From assembly GCA_030650605.1 (NCBI GenBank), contig JAUSDP010000020.1, forward strand, positions 13,486 to 77,485: a stretch of 64,000 nt of DNA. Direction: 5' to 3'. The stretch comes from a bacterium (lineage in GTDB: Bacteria > Patescibacteriota > Minisyncoccia > Phycocordibacterales > Zambryskibacteraceae). The translations under genes were made by a program, and so were the position numbers. Under the pieces are notes generated by a model. It made no database searches, was not told the DNA's origin, and saw nothing but the letters and a program-made list of their open reading frames with translations. Every line of letters begins with the position of its first letter. Position 1 is the stretch's first letter. This document shows positions 9,564 to 19,410 of the stretch, piece by piece.

Positions 9564-9841
9564 GTTTGTGCATCAATTTTTGCGTAAAGAGAGTTTATCT
9601 CTTCTTGCATCATCATATTTTCTTGGTCGTTAGCATCCATCTCGTCAGACAGGACACTAATTCGATCAAGCATTTCTTGCTTAGTCGGTTTTGGTGCAAG
9701 TGACGATGAGCTAGAAGCTATGGGCAAAGTCCCACAAAAACCTTGTGAGATCTTCACTGTCGTATTTATAGGAACATCTGGCAGTCCTTTCAAATGTGCG
9801 TTCTTGTATCCTAGCGATTCAACATTAATTGTTTTCATCAA
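9560..9841 (-). CDS. hypothetical protein
   Basis: 93-aa ORF overlapping its neighbours. Confidence 0.5.
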   Translation of the reverse strand: MMKTINVESLGYKNAHLKGLPDVPINTTVKISQGFCGTLPIASSSSSLAPKPTKQEMLDRISVLSDEMDANDQENMMMQEEINSLYAKIDAQT

Positions 9842-10286
9842 TTGTTCCTTTAACCGCTTCGGATTGTGTCGCTGAAGTTGCTTGTGCCATTTCAGCGCGA
9901 CGACGTTTGGCGATTTCTTTGCTCATTTGACTGCGGCCGAATCCATCGGTAGCAAAGATTGGCTCTCGACAGGTTGGACATATCGGCACCATTGTTTGGC
10001 TGCGCCACGCCGCCTCAACCAGTTGGGCTGCCTTTAAATGAAGAGTCTTTTTTTCGATTGATGCCTGTTCATCGTACTTGCGCTGCAACTTAGCGAATGC
10101 CTTCTGGTAGTGCTCTGACAGCATTTGCAACGCCCAGAACGCCGACACCTGTTTCTTGCAGTCGTCGCACGTTACGATGTCGCCTTCGCCGTCCATCGAC
10201 AGGTGCATGTGTTTGCACTCGGTCGATGACCATGACCGCCTCGTTCTGGTCAATCGCATTTCCTCAATTTGGATTACATTACTCAT
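9825..10286 (-). CDS. phage-like zinc-finger protein
   Basis: CKH...CDDC...CPTC motifs. Confidence 0.65.
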   Translation of the reverse strand: MSNVIQIEEMRLTRTRRSWSSTECKHMHLSMDGEGDIVTCDDCKKQVSAFWALQMLSEHYQKAFAKLQRKYDEQASIEKKTLHLKAAQLVEAAWRSQTMVPICPTCREPIFATDGFGRSQMSKEIAKRRRAEMAQATSATQSEAVKGTIDENN

Positions 10287-10538
10287 ACGGTTATGGTATT
10301 TTTTTTGGAAGAGGAAATTTTTTCATTTGGATTAAGTTTCTTAAAAACCTATTTGAAACTTTTCCAATTTAACGCTGGTGTCGACAGAGATTTAACTACA
10401 TCGACACTACTTGCCATGTTGCGTTTGCCAGATCTCACCAAAGTGAGGGGACCGCCAGCTGATAAATGGTTTTGTCTAGCGCGATCCACTGAACGTTGAA
10501 TTTTAGATTTTTGGGTGAGTGACATAAAAACTGTTCCG

Positions 10539-11102
10539 TTAATTGACAGTAATTGCTTTGTGAATCGTAACCGGGCTCATGCCATTCATCATCATCGCTA
10601 TCTGACGAATACGCGCCCTTTCTTCCGGTGTCTTTTGCTCATCATGAGTTTCTTCGCTATCGTCGAGAGAAGGCGCGTAAAGTTTATTTTTATGGATAAA
10701 TGCAGTAAGCAACTTAGTCATCTCTGCGTGAAGGGCTATTTGTAAGATCGCGAACATGAATTCCACTTCAATATGTTCAGCCGGAGTCAATTCGTAGGAA
10801 CACTTTGTTCTAACGCGTTTGACAGATCGCACCATGATTTCGTTCTTCCCGGTCACCTTCCTAACTATCTGAGCTAACAAGATGCGTTCATTTTCGCCAG
10901 AATAAGTCAACTCGACCCAAGCCCTTTTTGCGTCATTTTGGCTGACATCTTCCAAAGTAAGGCCATATTTGAGAAGCATTTTTGCCAGCATGGCTTCGGC
11001 AGCTGCTTTCTCTCCGTCTACACCTCGTTCTGCTAACGCCAAAATTTTCTTGATTCGGCGCATGACGTCATCGGACAATTTATTCATCTGTCTATTTTCC
11101 AA
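10539..11102 (-). CDS. DUF2786-domain protein
   Basis: RIKKILALAERGVDGEKAAAEAMLAKMLLKYGL is the DUF2786 signature; start probably 11087. Confidence 0.8.
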   Translation of the reverse strand: MENRQMNKLSDDVMRRIKKILALAERGVDGEKAAAEAMLAKMLLKYGLTLEDVSQNDAKRAWVELTYSGENERILLAQIVRKVTGKNEIMVRSVKRVRTKCSYELTPAEHIEVEFMFAILQIALHAEMTKLLTAFIHKNKLYAPSLDDSEETHDEQKTPEERARIRQIAMMMNGMSPVTIHKAITVN

Positions 11103-11268
11103 TAATAAGTACGAGAATGAACACTATCGCAAGCAAGGCAATTAGTTTCGCGATTTGCCAACGAGCAGCATCTTCACCAGCGTGTTTGCCACGGACGTAT
11201 GCTTTCTGTTCTGGCGTAATTGCGACGTGTTCCTCAAGGCTTCTAGTTAGGCGTTCAAAATCTGGCAT
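11092..11268 (-). CDS. small membrane protein
   Basis: 58-aa ORF MPDFERL...LIALLAIVFILVLIIGK fills the operon gap (manual translation). Confidence 0.45.
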   Translation of the reverse strand: MPDFERLTRSLEEHVAITPEQKAYVRGKHAGEDAARWQIAKLIALLAIVFILVLIIGK

Positions 11269-11282
11269 AGTTTCTGGTCACG

Positions 11283-11786
11283 TTAGGACACAACTTCGAT
11301 TGGAGAAAAAATTTCGTCAATTTTCGGACGAGATAAGAACTCGTTTTTTAGGGCCACTCTTAGTCCTTTTCCTAGCGTTCCAAATAGGCCATACGATTTC
11401 CAGTTGCATGGATCTTTTTTAGTTGATGAAACAGCGTTGCACTCATACGGATTGGTTGACTCGCCAGAACATGATGGGCACCGATATTTTCCAGACGGAT
11501 AGCGCTTTTTAAACGCTTCAATATCATCAAATAGAACCACGCTCTCCAAACTTGGGAAATTCGCCTCCTGATAATAATTGGATGCCGAGTAGTCTCGCTT
11601 TGCCTCGATCGCCATCAATATATCTGGCTCTGATTGACCCAATATTCGAGAATATTCACACAGTGTTTTCGTGATAAACATTAACAGATCGTTGGCTCGC
11701 CCTTCACCCACTGCGCCAGGCCAAGAATTTCGCGCTTGGTCGGCTAATTTGTTAAGTGTTAATTGCAATTCTTCTGAACTACTCAT
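11283..11786 (-). CDS. zinc-finger hypothetical protein
   Basis: AGGAG RBS; CPSC...C...C motifs. Confidence 0.7.
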   Translation of the reverse strand: MSSSEELQLTLNKLADQARNSWPGAVGEGRANDLLMFITKTLCEYSRILGQSEPDILMAIEAKRDYSASNYYQEANFPSLESVVLFDDIEAFKKRYPSGKYRCPSCSGESTNPYECNAVSSTKKDPCNWKSYGLFGTLGKGLRVALKNEFLSRPKIDEIFSPIEVVS

Positions 11787-11816
11787 TTCAGTCTCCTTTT
11801 AATCATATTGATTTAT

Positions 11817-11844
11817 ACGATACATTAAAATTTAACCGTGTCAA
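11817..11844 (-). promoter_or_regulatory. sigma70 promoter, repeated family D
   Basis: TTGACA-CGGTTAAATTTTAATG-TATCGT; related copy at 53428-53455. Confidence 0.55.
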
Positions 11845-11856
11845 ATAATTCAAATC

Positions 11857-11890
11857 AAAAAGAAACGCCCTACAGGTGCTTCGTAGGGCG
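11857..11890 (-). terminator. intrinsic terminator
   Basis: CGCCCTAC/GTAGGGCG stem followed by a T-rich run on the minus strand, after 11914..12894. Confidence 0.7.
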
Positions 11891-11913
11891 ATAAGCAAAT
11901 TGAAATGGAAATA

Positions 11914-12894
11914 TTAATGCTTTGGACCGATGGCGCTTTCTTCTTCAGAATGTTCATGCGCAATGTGTGATCCATTATTTATCGTGGATTCATGTTTTTT
12001 TGAAGCGTCTGCCTTCTCTATTTCCATCAAGTTGGCGGAAAAGTCTGCTGTAATGGATTCAATACCGGCGATCGCCTTTCTAGCCAAACCGCTGACAAAT
12101 GATGTTGCCGTCATCTCGGTCGCTTTTGCAACATTGACGGTTTTGGCGACAAAAGCGTCACCCGCCTGAACAACGGTCGAGATTCGCGAACTTGCCGCAA
12201 CAACCGTGCGATCACGCATTTCCTTAGCTTCATGGATCGTAAATTGGATTATTTCGGCGCTAGCATCTGCAATGCTGATCGCTTTCGCTTTGGCAGTACT
12301 AATGACTTTCGCGGGAATGCCCTTGATCACAGCGGCCATTTTCCCCATGAAATTGGCGACTCGCCTCACTTCGTCAATAAATGCGGTGGTGACTTCCTGC
12401 CCGGTCTTGATTTTTTGGCTGGCCTGCGTTTTGGTGGCATCTATTTTCAATAGAACCGATTCAATAAATGGACTGTTTTTGATGTTTTCAGCAAATACTT
12501 CAAGCTTTTCTTTTGCATTTTCCATCGATTTCGAACTGCGATCAAACAGGGTTTCGGCTTGTTTTACGTTTCCATTGCGGAAAGATAATACGCCTTCAAG
12601 AGCGGCAATTCGGGAATCCAAAACATCCAATTTTGCGGCATTCACTTTGGTAAGAGCCTTTTCGGCCGCAAGTGAATCTTCTAACGCACGAATCCTGTTA
12701 CTTGCCAAACGAAGGGCTAAAGTTGATTCGTTCACGTTAAGCAAAGCGGCCTCTTCGAACTCCTCCATCTTGGCCTCGATTACGTCATAGCCTGCAGTTG
12801 CATTTAAAGGGCCATCATTGAGTTCCAAGTTGAAGTCTTCATTCCGCAGAATTGGTTCTTTTCGTACATCTTCATTTGCTATGTTCAGGCCCAT
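11914..12894 (-). CDS. coiled-coil / Ala-rich hypothetical protein
   Basis: 326-aa ORF, AAGGAG RBS. Confidence 0.75.
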   Translation of the reverse strand: MGLNIANEDVRKEPILRNEDFNLELNDGPLNATAGYDVIEAKMEEFEEAALLNVNESTLALRLASNRIRALEDSLAAEKALTKVNAAKLDVLDSRIAALEGVLSFRNGNVKQAETLFDRSSKSMENAKEKLEVFAENIKNSPFIESVLLKIDATKTQASQKIKTGQEVTTAFIDEVRRVANFMGKMAAVIKGIPAKVISTAKAKAISIADASAEIIQFTIHEAKEMRDRTVVAASSRISTVVQAGDAFVAKTVNVAKATEMTATSFVSGLARKAIAGIESITADFSANLMEIEKADASKKHESTINNGSHIAHEHSEEESAIGPKH

Positions 12895-12982
12895 ATCATC
12901 ACTCCTTCATTATTGTGGGCAAGATGCCCAAAGAGAACATTCAAGTAAAATTACTTTACCGTAGATATAATAATATACTAAA

Positions 12983-12998
12983 TATGAATCGTTTCAAA
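12983..12998. promoter_or_regulatory. recurrent 16-bp palindromic operator (family C)
   Basis: TATGAATCGTTTCAAA; related copies at 24122, 35235, 61701 and 61724. Confidence 0.5.
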
Positions 12999-13180
12999 AT
13001 TCGCTTCATAAATCGTCACTTCCATAAAATAATGCAATGAGACTATGAAAAATTCATTTCTCATTGCCAAATTAAATAGCAATAGAAGTTTCTTGCTCGT
13101 GATGCGATAAACACTTAAAATTCTTCGTATGTTAGTGTATCTACGAATCAACAATTAACAAATTAAGAATACAACACTCG

Positions 13181-13927
13181 ATGAATACGAATCTGGGCAA
13201 TAAAAAATATTTCACAGTGACTTCACATAATTACGGTGCGGCTTACTTCGAGTTGCAACCCATTCTTAGGTTAATTGATGGTGAGATATTTGGTTATGAA
13301 ATTCTTTTTCGAGGTGAAAAAAAAATACCGTGGTTGGAAGTTGATCGATTAGTCGTTTCATATTTGTCTCTCAATCAGATGCATTCGACGTCTCTATTCG
13401 TCAATTTGAGCCATGAAGGATTACTTGATATCCCTGATGAGCAGTTTATTGACCTTACAAGAAAAAATAGGATTTATTTTGAGCTGACAGAATCCGAAAG
13501 CGAAGAAGCGATACACGCGGCATCCGCCATAAAAGTTAACAGACTTGCAGATCAAGGCGTCTTATTTGCGATTGATGATTATGGAAGCGGCAGAGACGGC
13601 AATCTCCGAGTTGAAGAGCTATCAAAAGTTGAAATCGTAAAAATAGATAAAGATCTTTTGATCTCCATGATGCTCGATGAGTGCATACGAAGTTCCACCG
13701 ATATTTTTTTAAAAAAATGCGTTTCACTCGGCATTCAAACCCTTGCAGAAGGCGTTGAAACAAAGGACTTACTTCAGTTTGCCCGTTCACGAAATTTCAA
13801 TTTCGCACAAGGATTTTACATCGATGAAATCACCTCTGTCCTTCCTCATGCACTTCACAGTTTTAAAACTGAAGCCATCAAACTTAATGCTAAAGATGTT
13901 TGGACCGAAACATGGGAACTTAGATGA
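13181..13927 (+). CDS. stand-alone EAL-domain protein (c-di-GMP phosphodiesterase family)
   Basis: QPI...GYEILFR, FVNLS, ELTE, AIDDYGSG, VKIDK, AEGVET and AQGFY motifs. Confidence 0.9.
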   Translation: MNTNLGNKKYFTVTSHNYGAAYFELQPILRLIDGEIFGYEILFRGEKKIPWLEVDRLVVSYLSLNQMHSTSLFVNLSHEGLLDIPDEQFIDLTRKNRIYFELTESESEEAIHAASAIKVNRLADQGVLFAIDDYGSGRDGNLRVEELSKVEIVKIDKDLLISMMLDECIRSSTDIFLKKCVSLGIQTLAEGVETKDLLQFARSRNFNFAQGFYIDEITSVLPHALHSFKTEAIKLNAKDVWTETWELR

Positions 13928-14576
13928 AGTAGAGGCTAAGAGAGCCCTAGTGGCGATCTCAAAACGCTTTGGTCTTTCACTGTCATGGGCAGTTGATTCG
14001 TCACCTGAAAATTTATATGTGATTCATCAGGTTATTACCGATGAAAAGGAAATTCTCGGTAGCGGCATGCTACGCGAGGAGGCGATAAAAGAAGTCTATT
14101 CAAAATGCCTTTCAACGATTCCGGTTCATGCTCAAACAATTGGCGAGTTCAGGGCAAATACCCTGGTTATCCCCGTAAGTGAAATCCGGGACAAACCAGA
14201 TACAAGAAGGGAGATTCCCCATTTGATCGTGATAAATGATCCTCTTCTATTTAATACAAAATTTCATAGTGACGAAACCGCACTAGAAAATGAACTTGGT
14301 CGAATTTTTGATCGAGGTTATTTTCCCAAAACCATCGATCGAAAGGAATGGATTGAGTCCGGAGTACAAGACCTAATGAAACCATTCAAAAATCATCTAA
14401 TTTTTTTCACCCTTCCAGGCAGCAAAAACGTCATTTTCTCCAAAACGTTCGATACCGATGTCGCTTTTCTTTTTCATAAAAACGAAGTTTCGAACGCGCT
14501 CAATCGCGGCGATGAGGTTCCTAATGAGGTGCTGTTGGATTACCCAGATCTTAAGAAACTATTTACCAATCACTAA
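13896..14576 (+). CDS. hypothetical protein
   Basis: Long ORF overlapping the EAL gene end; start uncertain. Confidence 0.6.
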   Translation: MFGPKHGNLDEVEAKRALVAISKRFGLSLSWAVDSSPENLYVIHQVITDEKEILGSGMLREEAIKEVYSKCLSTIPVHAQTIGEFRANTLVIPVSEIRDKPDTRREIPHLIVINDPLLFNTKFHSDETALENELGRIFDRGYFPKTIDRKEWIESGVQDLMKPFKNHLIFFTLPGSKNVIFSKTFDTDVAFLFHKNEVSNALNRGDEVPNEVLLDYPDLKKLFTNH

Positions 14577-14872
14577 ATACCTGAATTTCAAATTTCAAAT
14601 CCCAATGCAATCAATTATTCAACACACTAATTCAGTTTGCCACACCTCCCGCAATGACCTGGAGACGCTAACCACGCCTCCTCATGAGCATTGCAGCATC
14701 ACACAAGGACACATCATGTCGCTGCGCATGATTGAAGCTTCCAGAGCGATTGCGGCCATTACTAAGGAATCTTTGGGCCAACACTTCATTGACCGCCGTT
14801 CTCGACGAAAGAAATTATTGAATCAAAATTTCACTGCCAATTCCGAAAACCGCCATATGAAAGAGCCAGAAA

Positions 14873-15697
14873 ATGAAATTCTTACGTAACGATGACAGCG
14901 ACCTATTTTCCTCCCGTGAGGCACGACTCGCCGCGATAAAAAATGCCGCTCCGCGAACCGAACTATTTCAAGGCGTAGCCAACACGGCCGCATTGGACAG
15001 TATTTTCAAATTACGATTTGATGTTTACTGCAAAGAAAAGAATTTCCTTCCTGCGGTCGACTATCCGGAATGCATTGAATATGATGAATACGATGCTCGT
15101 GCCGCCCATATTGCGTGCTATTCGCCTGACGACATTATTTTAGGTTGTGTGCGATTAGTCACGCCGACGACCGGACAAGATTTCCCATTTCAGTTGCATT
15201 GTGCGACTTTTCCTGACTTTATTGCCCCATTGAGAGCAGAGGCTGTTGAAATATCAAGATTAATGCTTAACAAAGTAAGGCGTAATCGTCAGAAGGATTC
15301 GTTTCTTGGCGTACCTGCCGATTTGATAGGGGATATCGATGGGGTGATTCCACGTCAAAAAACAACTTTGCAATTGCAAAATAGCCGCTTGGCTGGAAAT
15401 CAATTGCTTTTGCTATCCATGTTTCGTGCAATGTACCAACATTGTAAAGTCAATGGCATTCGATACTGGTATGCGTCCATGGAATTGCCGCTGGCCAGGC
15501 AACTTGCTGGCATGGGTTTTCGATTCACACCTATCGGTCCTGAAGCATCTTATTATGGAATAGTGACACCATTCATTGCTGACATTCTGTTCCTCGAAGA
15601 AGAAATGCAAAAAAATTCTTGGGAATTATGGCAATGGTTTTCGACGGTACTTGAAATACCTACTTTGCAGGATGAATACGATGAGATGCTAGCGTGA
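14873..15697 (+). CDS. PEP-CTERM/exosortase-associated acyltransferase family (N-acyl amino acid synthase, GNAT/LuxI-like fold)
   Basis: FKLRFDVYCKE, EYDEYD, GCVRLV, VEISRL, YASMELPLAR and IGPEASYYG motifs. Confidence 0.85.
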   Translation: MKFLRNDDSDLFSSREARLAAIKNAAPRTELFQGVANTAALDSIFKLRFDVYCKEKNFLPAVDYPECIEYDEYDARAAHIACYSPDDIILGCVRLVTPTTGQDFPFQLHCATFPDFIAPLRAEAVEISRLMLNKVRRNRQKDSFLGVPADLIGDIDGVIPRQKTTLQLQNSRLAGNQLLLLSMFRAMYQHCKVNGIRYWYASMELPLARQLAGMGFRFTPIGPEASYYGIVTPFIADILFLEEEMQKNSWELWQWFSTVLEIPTLQDEYDEMLA

Positions 15698-15719
15698 AGA
15701 TGCTGAAAATTTCTTCTAT

Positions 15720-16220
15720 CTACCAAGGCCAAAGTTTATGAATGTGCACAAAATCGGATTCCATCACAGCTAACATTGGAGTTAGTGGCGTAATGAGATG
15801 CTCCCCTTGAAGTCGCACATTATCATACGTATTAATTGCTGGGTGTCCATTATGCTCAGTGAGTTCTATATGACGAATGTGGTCCGGAACAAAGAGAATG
15901 CGTTTTTCTTGATCCTGCCTGGGAGTTACATCAATGAGGTCACCATTGGGGCTTTTCCAGACTGAGTGAAAAATAGCTTCACAAAATTGTGCATTTTTGT
16001 CTTGACCGAGAATCCATCCAGCTTGTACGCTCCCCTCATCTTTTTCCCATTTTAGCCAAGCATTGAAATGACACATGGCGCCTTCAGGTAAAAAATGATC
16101 TGGTTTCTTGTACTTAAGTGACACTACGCTTTGTTCACTCAATTCCAAATATCGAAGGAGCACGCTTAGATGTGCATCTACCTTCTTTGGCGATCGTACG
16201 CGCAGACGGGAGCTAATCAT
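15720..16220 (-). CDS. hypothetical protein
   Basis: 166 aa; CHFN...GW...HSVW...DVTP pattern (possibly transglutaminase-like). Confidence 0.65.
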   Translation of the reverse strand: MISSRLRVRSPKKVDAHLSVLLRYLELSEQSVVSLKYKKPDHFLPEGAMCHFNAWLKWEKDEGSVQAGWILGQDKNAQFCEAIFHSVWKSPNGDLIDVTPRQDQEKRILFVPDHIRHIELTEHNGHPAINTYDNVRLQGEHLITPLTPMLAVMESDFVHIHKLWPW

Positions 16221-16261
16221 CAGGGGAAATTGGCTGGATCAGTGGAGGTTGATCAATCACA

Positions 16262-16543
16262 TTAGTAGTGGACAGTCATTGTCTCACCCGTTCGAACACC
16301 ACCAAATCTCTGCCATTGAAATTGCACTTCCGGCGCACGACGACGAATTGCAATTTCGAGATCGTCAATTGACGGAAATTCCGCTTCTGGGGAAATAATG
16401 TTTACACGGAGTGTTTTTGGTCCTGTGCTATCAATCTCTTTCAACTGAAACTCAGAACCCAATGCAAATTCAAGATTGACAAGATGGTCAGCAGTTGCGG
16501 TGCCAAGCGGTACAAAAAGTTGAACGTCCAAAATATCAAACAT
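16262..16543 (-). CDS. hypothetical protein
   Basis: GGGAG RBS, 93 aa. Confidence 0.55.
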   Translation of the reverse strand: MFDILDVQLFVPLGTATADHLVNLEFALGSEFQLKEIDSTGPKTLRVNIISPEAEFPSIDDLEIAIRRRAPEVQFQWQRFGGVRTGETMTVHY

Positions 16544-16567
16544 ACTGCGTTACTCCCTATATGAACC

Positions 16568-16753
16568 TCAGTTTTCCAGTTGTACTTTTACGCACTTGGT
16601 TTTTGAGTTCTTTGGTATATGTTGGTGCGTAATTGCCTTTGCGATTCCCAACTCTTTCGCCGCATCACTATTTTCGGCAGTGATGAGAAACTCATACGAC
16701 TTCGTAATCTCAATTAATACGCGATATGTAGCGCTACCAATTTCATTCACCAT
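16568..16753 (-). CDS. hypothetical protein
   Basis: 61-aa ORF in operon run. Confidence 0.45.
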   Translation of the reverse strand: MVNEIGSATYRVLIEITKSYEFLITAENSDAAKELGIAKAITHQHIPKNSKTKCVKVQLEN

Positions 16754-16795
16754 ACTTTCCCGCTCTACTGGATCTGTGCGTTAATACTCGTCCCA

Positions 16796-17095
16796 TTACA
16801 TGAAAGGTGTCCAGGCGGCCTGTTCGTTCTTCAGGTGCTCAACCTCTATTAGCAGTGCCTCTGAGTCATTTTCAAGAGAAAACGGGTCACCAATTTTTGG
16901 TTGATTTCTGATGGAACTAACAATTTCGATCTGTCTTGAGTCGGCAAATAATACTTTTATGGTTGCCACCAACTTCAATAAGTTTGGAGGAACAACTGAC
17001 GGTGTTGGGTATCTTGCGGCATCAAATTCGTGCCCGGTCGCGTTCTTATATTCTTCGATTTTTTCTCTGCATGTGTTGTTCATATTTTTCCTCAT
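16796..17095 (-). CDS. hypothetical protein
   Basis: 99-aa ORF. Confidence 0.5.
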   Translation of the reverse strand: MRKNMNNTCREKIEEYKNATGHEFDAARYPTPSVVPPNLLKLVATIKVLFADSRQIEIVSSIRNQPKIGDPFSLENDSEALLIEVEHLKNEQAAWTPFM

Positions 17096-17301
17096 TTAAG
17101 ATATTCAACGTTGTACGTTGGATGCAAAATCATTCTGCCACGATAATTGGGGACTCGATCATCGACCAACACCCGCAGACGGCCATTCAGAGCTGATTTG
17201 ATCGTACAAAAAAAATTTGTGCCACGATCATCAATAAACTTTACGCGACCACCAATTTTTGCTGGCACTCCGTAGGTCTTTCGAATGTATTCGATACTCA
17301 C
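17092..17301 (-). CDS. phage-like hypothetical protein
   Basis: MSIEYIRKTYGVPAKIGGRV...LHPT; AAGGA RBS. Confidence 0.6.
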   Translation of the reverse strand: MSIEYIRKTYGVPAKIGGRVKFIDDRGTNFFCTIKSALNGRLRVLVDDRVPNYRGRMILHPTYNVEYLK

Positions 17302-17316
17302 GATTGTTCCTTTGAT

Positions 17317-17466
17317 TTAACGTTTTTTTGTGATTCTTGTGCAACAGATTGGGCATGTGAAGCAATCTGTATTCCCTACAGTGAATTTGTGAAATAACCA
17401 ATGTGGCGTAGATGCCCATGGATGAAGGGTTATTGCGGCTTCATATTTGCAGTTGGCACAGATCAC
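17317..17466 (-). CDS. small zinc-finger protein
   Basis: GAGG RBS, GTG start; MICANC...CPICC (49 aa, manual translation). Confidence 0.4.
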   Translation of the reverse strand: MICANCKYEAAITLHPWASTPHWLFHKFTVGNTDCFTCPICCTRITKKR

Positions 17467-17559
17467 AATTTTCCTCTTTGGTTGTTGCTGTCGCGAATAT
17501 TCTGACCGATCAAGAAAACATTTTGAGATACATCATTCGCGTCACATAACTTTGCGTTT

Positions 17560-17931
17560 CTAAATTAATACAACAAGCTCTGAGTATCCCACCAAGACTT
17601 CGTCGTGAGTGAAAAAATACAATCGGTCGCACACAGCCTGTGAGATTAGAATTCTGTCAAACTCATCATCGTTGAGATCGGGAAGGTGCGCGACCATAGC
17701 AGCGTGCGCAGCGGTAACAGGCAATTCCTTAAACCCATTTTGCTCAATAGCTCGTACTAGTGTACCAATCTCATTATCAAGTTTGCCTTTGTGGATAAGA
17801 ATCGATGCCTCCCATATTGATGCTGCGCTCACAAAAACATCGGTCGCCAGTGATATTTTTGTGCGAGCAATTTCCGCTAGTTCTGAACTAAGCCATAGTA
17901 AATATGTGTGTGTATCAAGTAGAATTCGCAT
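17560..17931 (-). CDS. vapC: PIN-domain VapC family toxin
   Basis: MRILLDTHTYLLW, VSAASIWE, DEFDRILISQA and THD motifs. Confidence 0.9.
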   Translation of the reverse strand: MRILLDTHTYLLWLSSELAEIARTKISLATDVFVSAASIWEASILIHKGKLDNEIGTLVRAIEQNGFKELPVTAAHAAMVAHLPDLNDDEFDRILISQAVCDRLYFFTHDEVLVGYSELVVLI

Positions 17932-17988
17932 TTTTTGTCCCTCAACGATATTACGCACTTCTGGTTTTATTTCTGAAATTGCTCATGT

Positions 17989-18213
17989 TTATTTCAGACG
18001 TACAAATGAAATGATCGTGACGTAACGATTGCCAGACCAACTTTCTTTGTGCATTTCTTTGATGTGAATGAGTCCTTCATGGCTCATTCTTTCAGCTTCG
18101 GCGACGACAGTTTGAAATCCTTCTAGAGTCCCACCATCTGAGTTATCAGGTTTCATCACGCCTGCGCTTCCAACGTTAGTTGCATCGCAGGTTGTTTGTG
18201 CCACATTGCGCAT
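17989..18213 (-). CDS. hypothetical protein
   Basis: 74-aa ORF, AGGA RBS. Confidence 0.45.
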   Translation of the reverse strand: MRNVAQTTCDATNVGSAGVMKPDNSDGGTLEGFQTVVAEAERMSHEGLIHIKEMHKESWSGNRYVTIISFVRLK

Positions 18214-18221
18214 ATTGCTTC

Positions 18222-18437
18222 CTATTTGTTATACACCTGAATAAGCCAACCGTAACCTGGCGTTGCTTGATCGACTTTGACACGATGGCCCTGATAACAA
18301 AACGCGGCCTGGAATGCCTCAAGTTCTTCCACAACACAAAATGAAAAGCCGTCACCGAACTGACAAAAATTACTGGTCTTAATAACTCTATGTTCGCCGC
18401 CAACCTTCAAGTGTAAATTTCCAAGTTCTCTCGCCAT
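18222..18437 (-). CDS. hypothetical protein
   Basis: AGGAG RBS before MARELG, just downstream of a promoter. Confidence 0.55.
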   Translation of the reverse strand: MARELGNLHLKVGGEHRVIKTSNFCQFGDGFSFCVVEELEAFQAAFCYQGHRVKVDQATPGYGWLIQVYNK

Positions 18438-18471
18438 GTTAGTTCTCCTAAGATTGTCTGAACGTGGCTCC

Positions 18472-18500
18472 ATAATAGTAACGGTGCGTTACTATGTCAA
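18472..18500 (-). promoter_or_regulatory. sigma70 promoter with internal operator palindrome (family B)
   Basis: TTGACA-17-TATTAT; ATAGTAACG-gtg-CGTTACTAT at 18475-18495. Confidence 0.8.
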
Positions 18501-18782
18501 GAACAGAATTAACTTGTCTAATTTATTTTTGGGAAGTTCGATGTTCATCGCCGCTAACTCATCTGCCAGAACTTTGCGCATCATGTAACGCCGAACTGTG
18601 ACAGGACAACGTTCCAACTCGTAGCCCCGTCCTGCCACAACGGACGGCCAATTGTGCTTGTAATTTGTTCCAGCAACAGCATTCAAATCAGCGAGTATAT
18701 CAACCATTGGACGACCACTCGCACGTTCTATGGAGATCCAGCGTTCGAACAACCCAGGGATTCGTGTATTCGTCAAATCCAT
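18492..18782 (-). CDS. hypothetical protein, possible regulator
   Basis: 96-aa helical ORF whose stop overlaps the operator. Confidence 0.55.
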   Translation of the reverse strand: MDLTNTRIPGLFERWISIERASGRPMVDILADLNAVAGTNYKHNWPSVVAGRGYELERCPVTVRRYMMRKVLADELAAMNIELPKNKLDKLILFLT

Positions 18783-18827
18783 CCGTTCTACCTATCTCGT
18801 AGTTAAATGCATAAGGATTCCTAATAT

Positions 18828-19121
18828 CTAATTTTCAAAGATATCCATCGTATGGATATCTTTCAGAGGGCTCGACAAGGGTATCAAGTCTTTGAGCGGA
18901 GTGTTTTTGTCGCCGCCATAAGGTATGCAATCGCCAGTCCACTCTGGCTCTAATCTAGCCAAATGTTCGAGACTTTCGATCGGTACGGCTGCATCTGTAC
19001 TTAACTCGCTATCGCGAACTATCTCGAAAGAATTTTCCTCCGCGACTAAATGCGCCTGCAGAAGGCTGTCGGCCATTACCACGGCCGTGACCTTCAGCTC
19101 AACAAAATATGGTTTCAACAT
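18828..19121 (-). CDS. hypothetical protein
   Basis: 97-aa ORF. Confidence 0.55.
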   Translation of the reverse strand: MLKPYFVELKVTAVVMADSLLQAHLVAEENSFEIVRDSELSTDAAVPIESLEHLARLEPEWTGDCIPYGGDKNTPLKDLIPLSSPLKDIHTMDIFEN

Positions 19122-19206
19122 GTCTGTTCCCGTTTGGAATTCTATAAATGATACGCTTCAATGAAAACCGAAATTTTAAATGTTCAAACTCTTCCACGAC
19201 TTTTCT

Positions 19207-19401
19207 CTATTTTAATTTAAAAAAACGCCTCGCCAAAAACAAGCAAATGATGAATAACACAAACGTGACGGATGATGTGCGACCTCTGATTGCAAACGCA
19301 AAAATGAGCGTCAAGAATCCACACAATACCAATAGCGTGGCGACGCCGGCCTTACTGTCAAGTAGCCGTAGTCCAAACACAACGAATATCCATCTCATCA
19401 T
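19207..19401 (-). CDS. small membrane protein
   Basis: AAGGA RBS; hydrophobic helices. Confidence 0.5.
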   Translation of the reverse strand: MMRWIFVVFGLRLLDSKAGVATLLVLCGFLTLIFAFAIRGRTSSVTFVLFIICLFLARRFFKLK

Positions 19402-19410
19402 TTAATTCCT

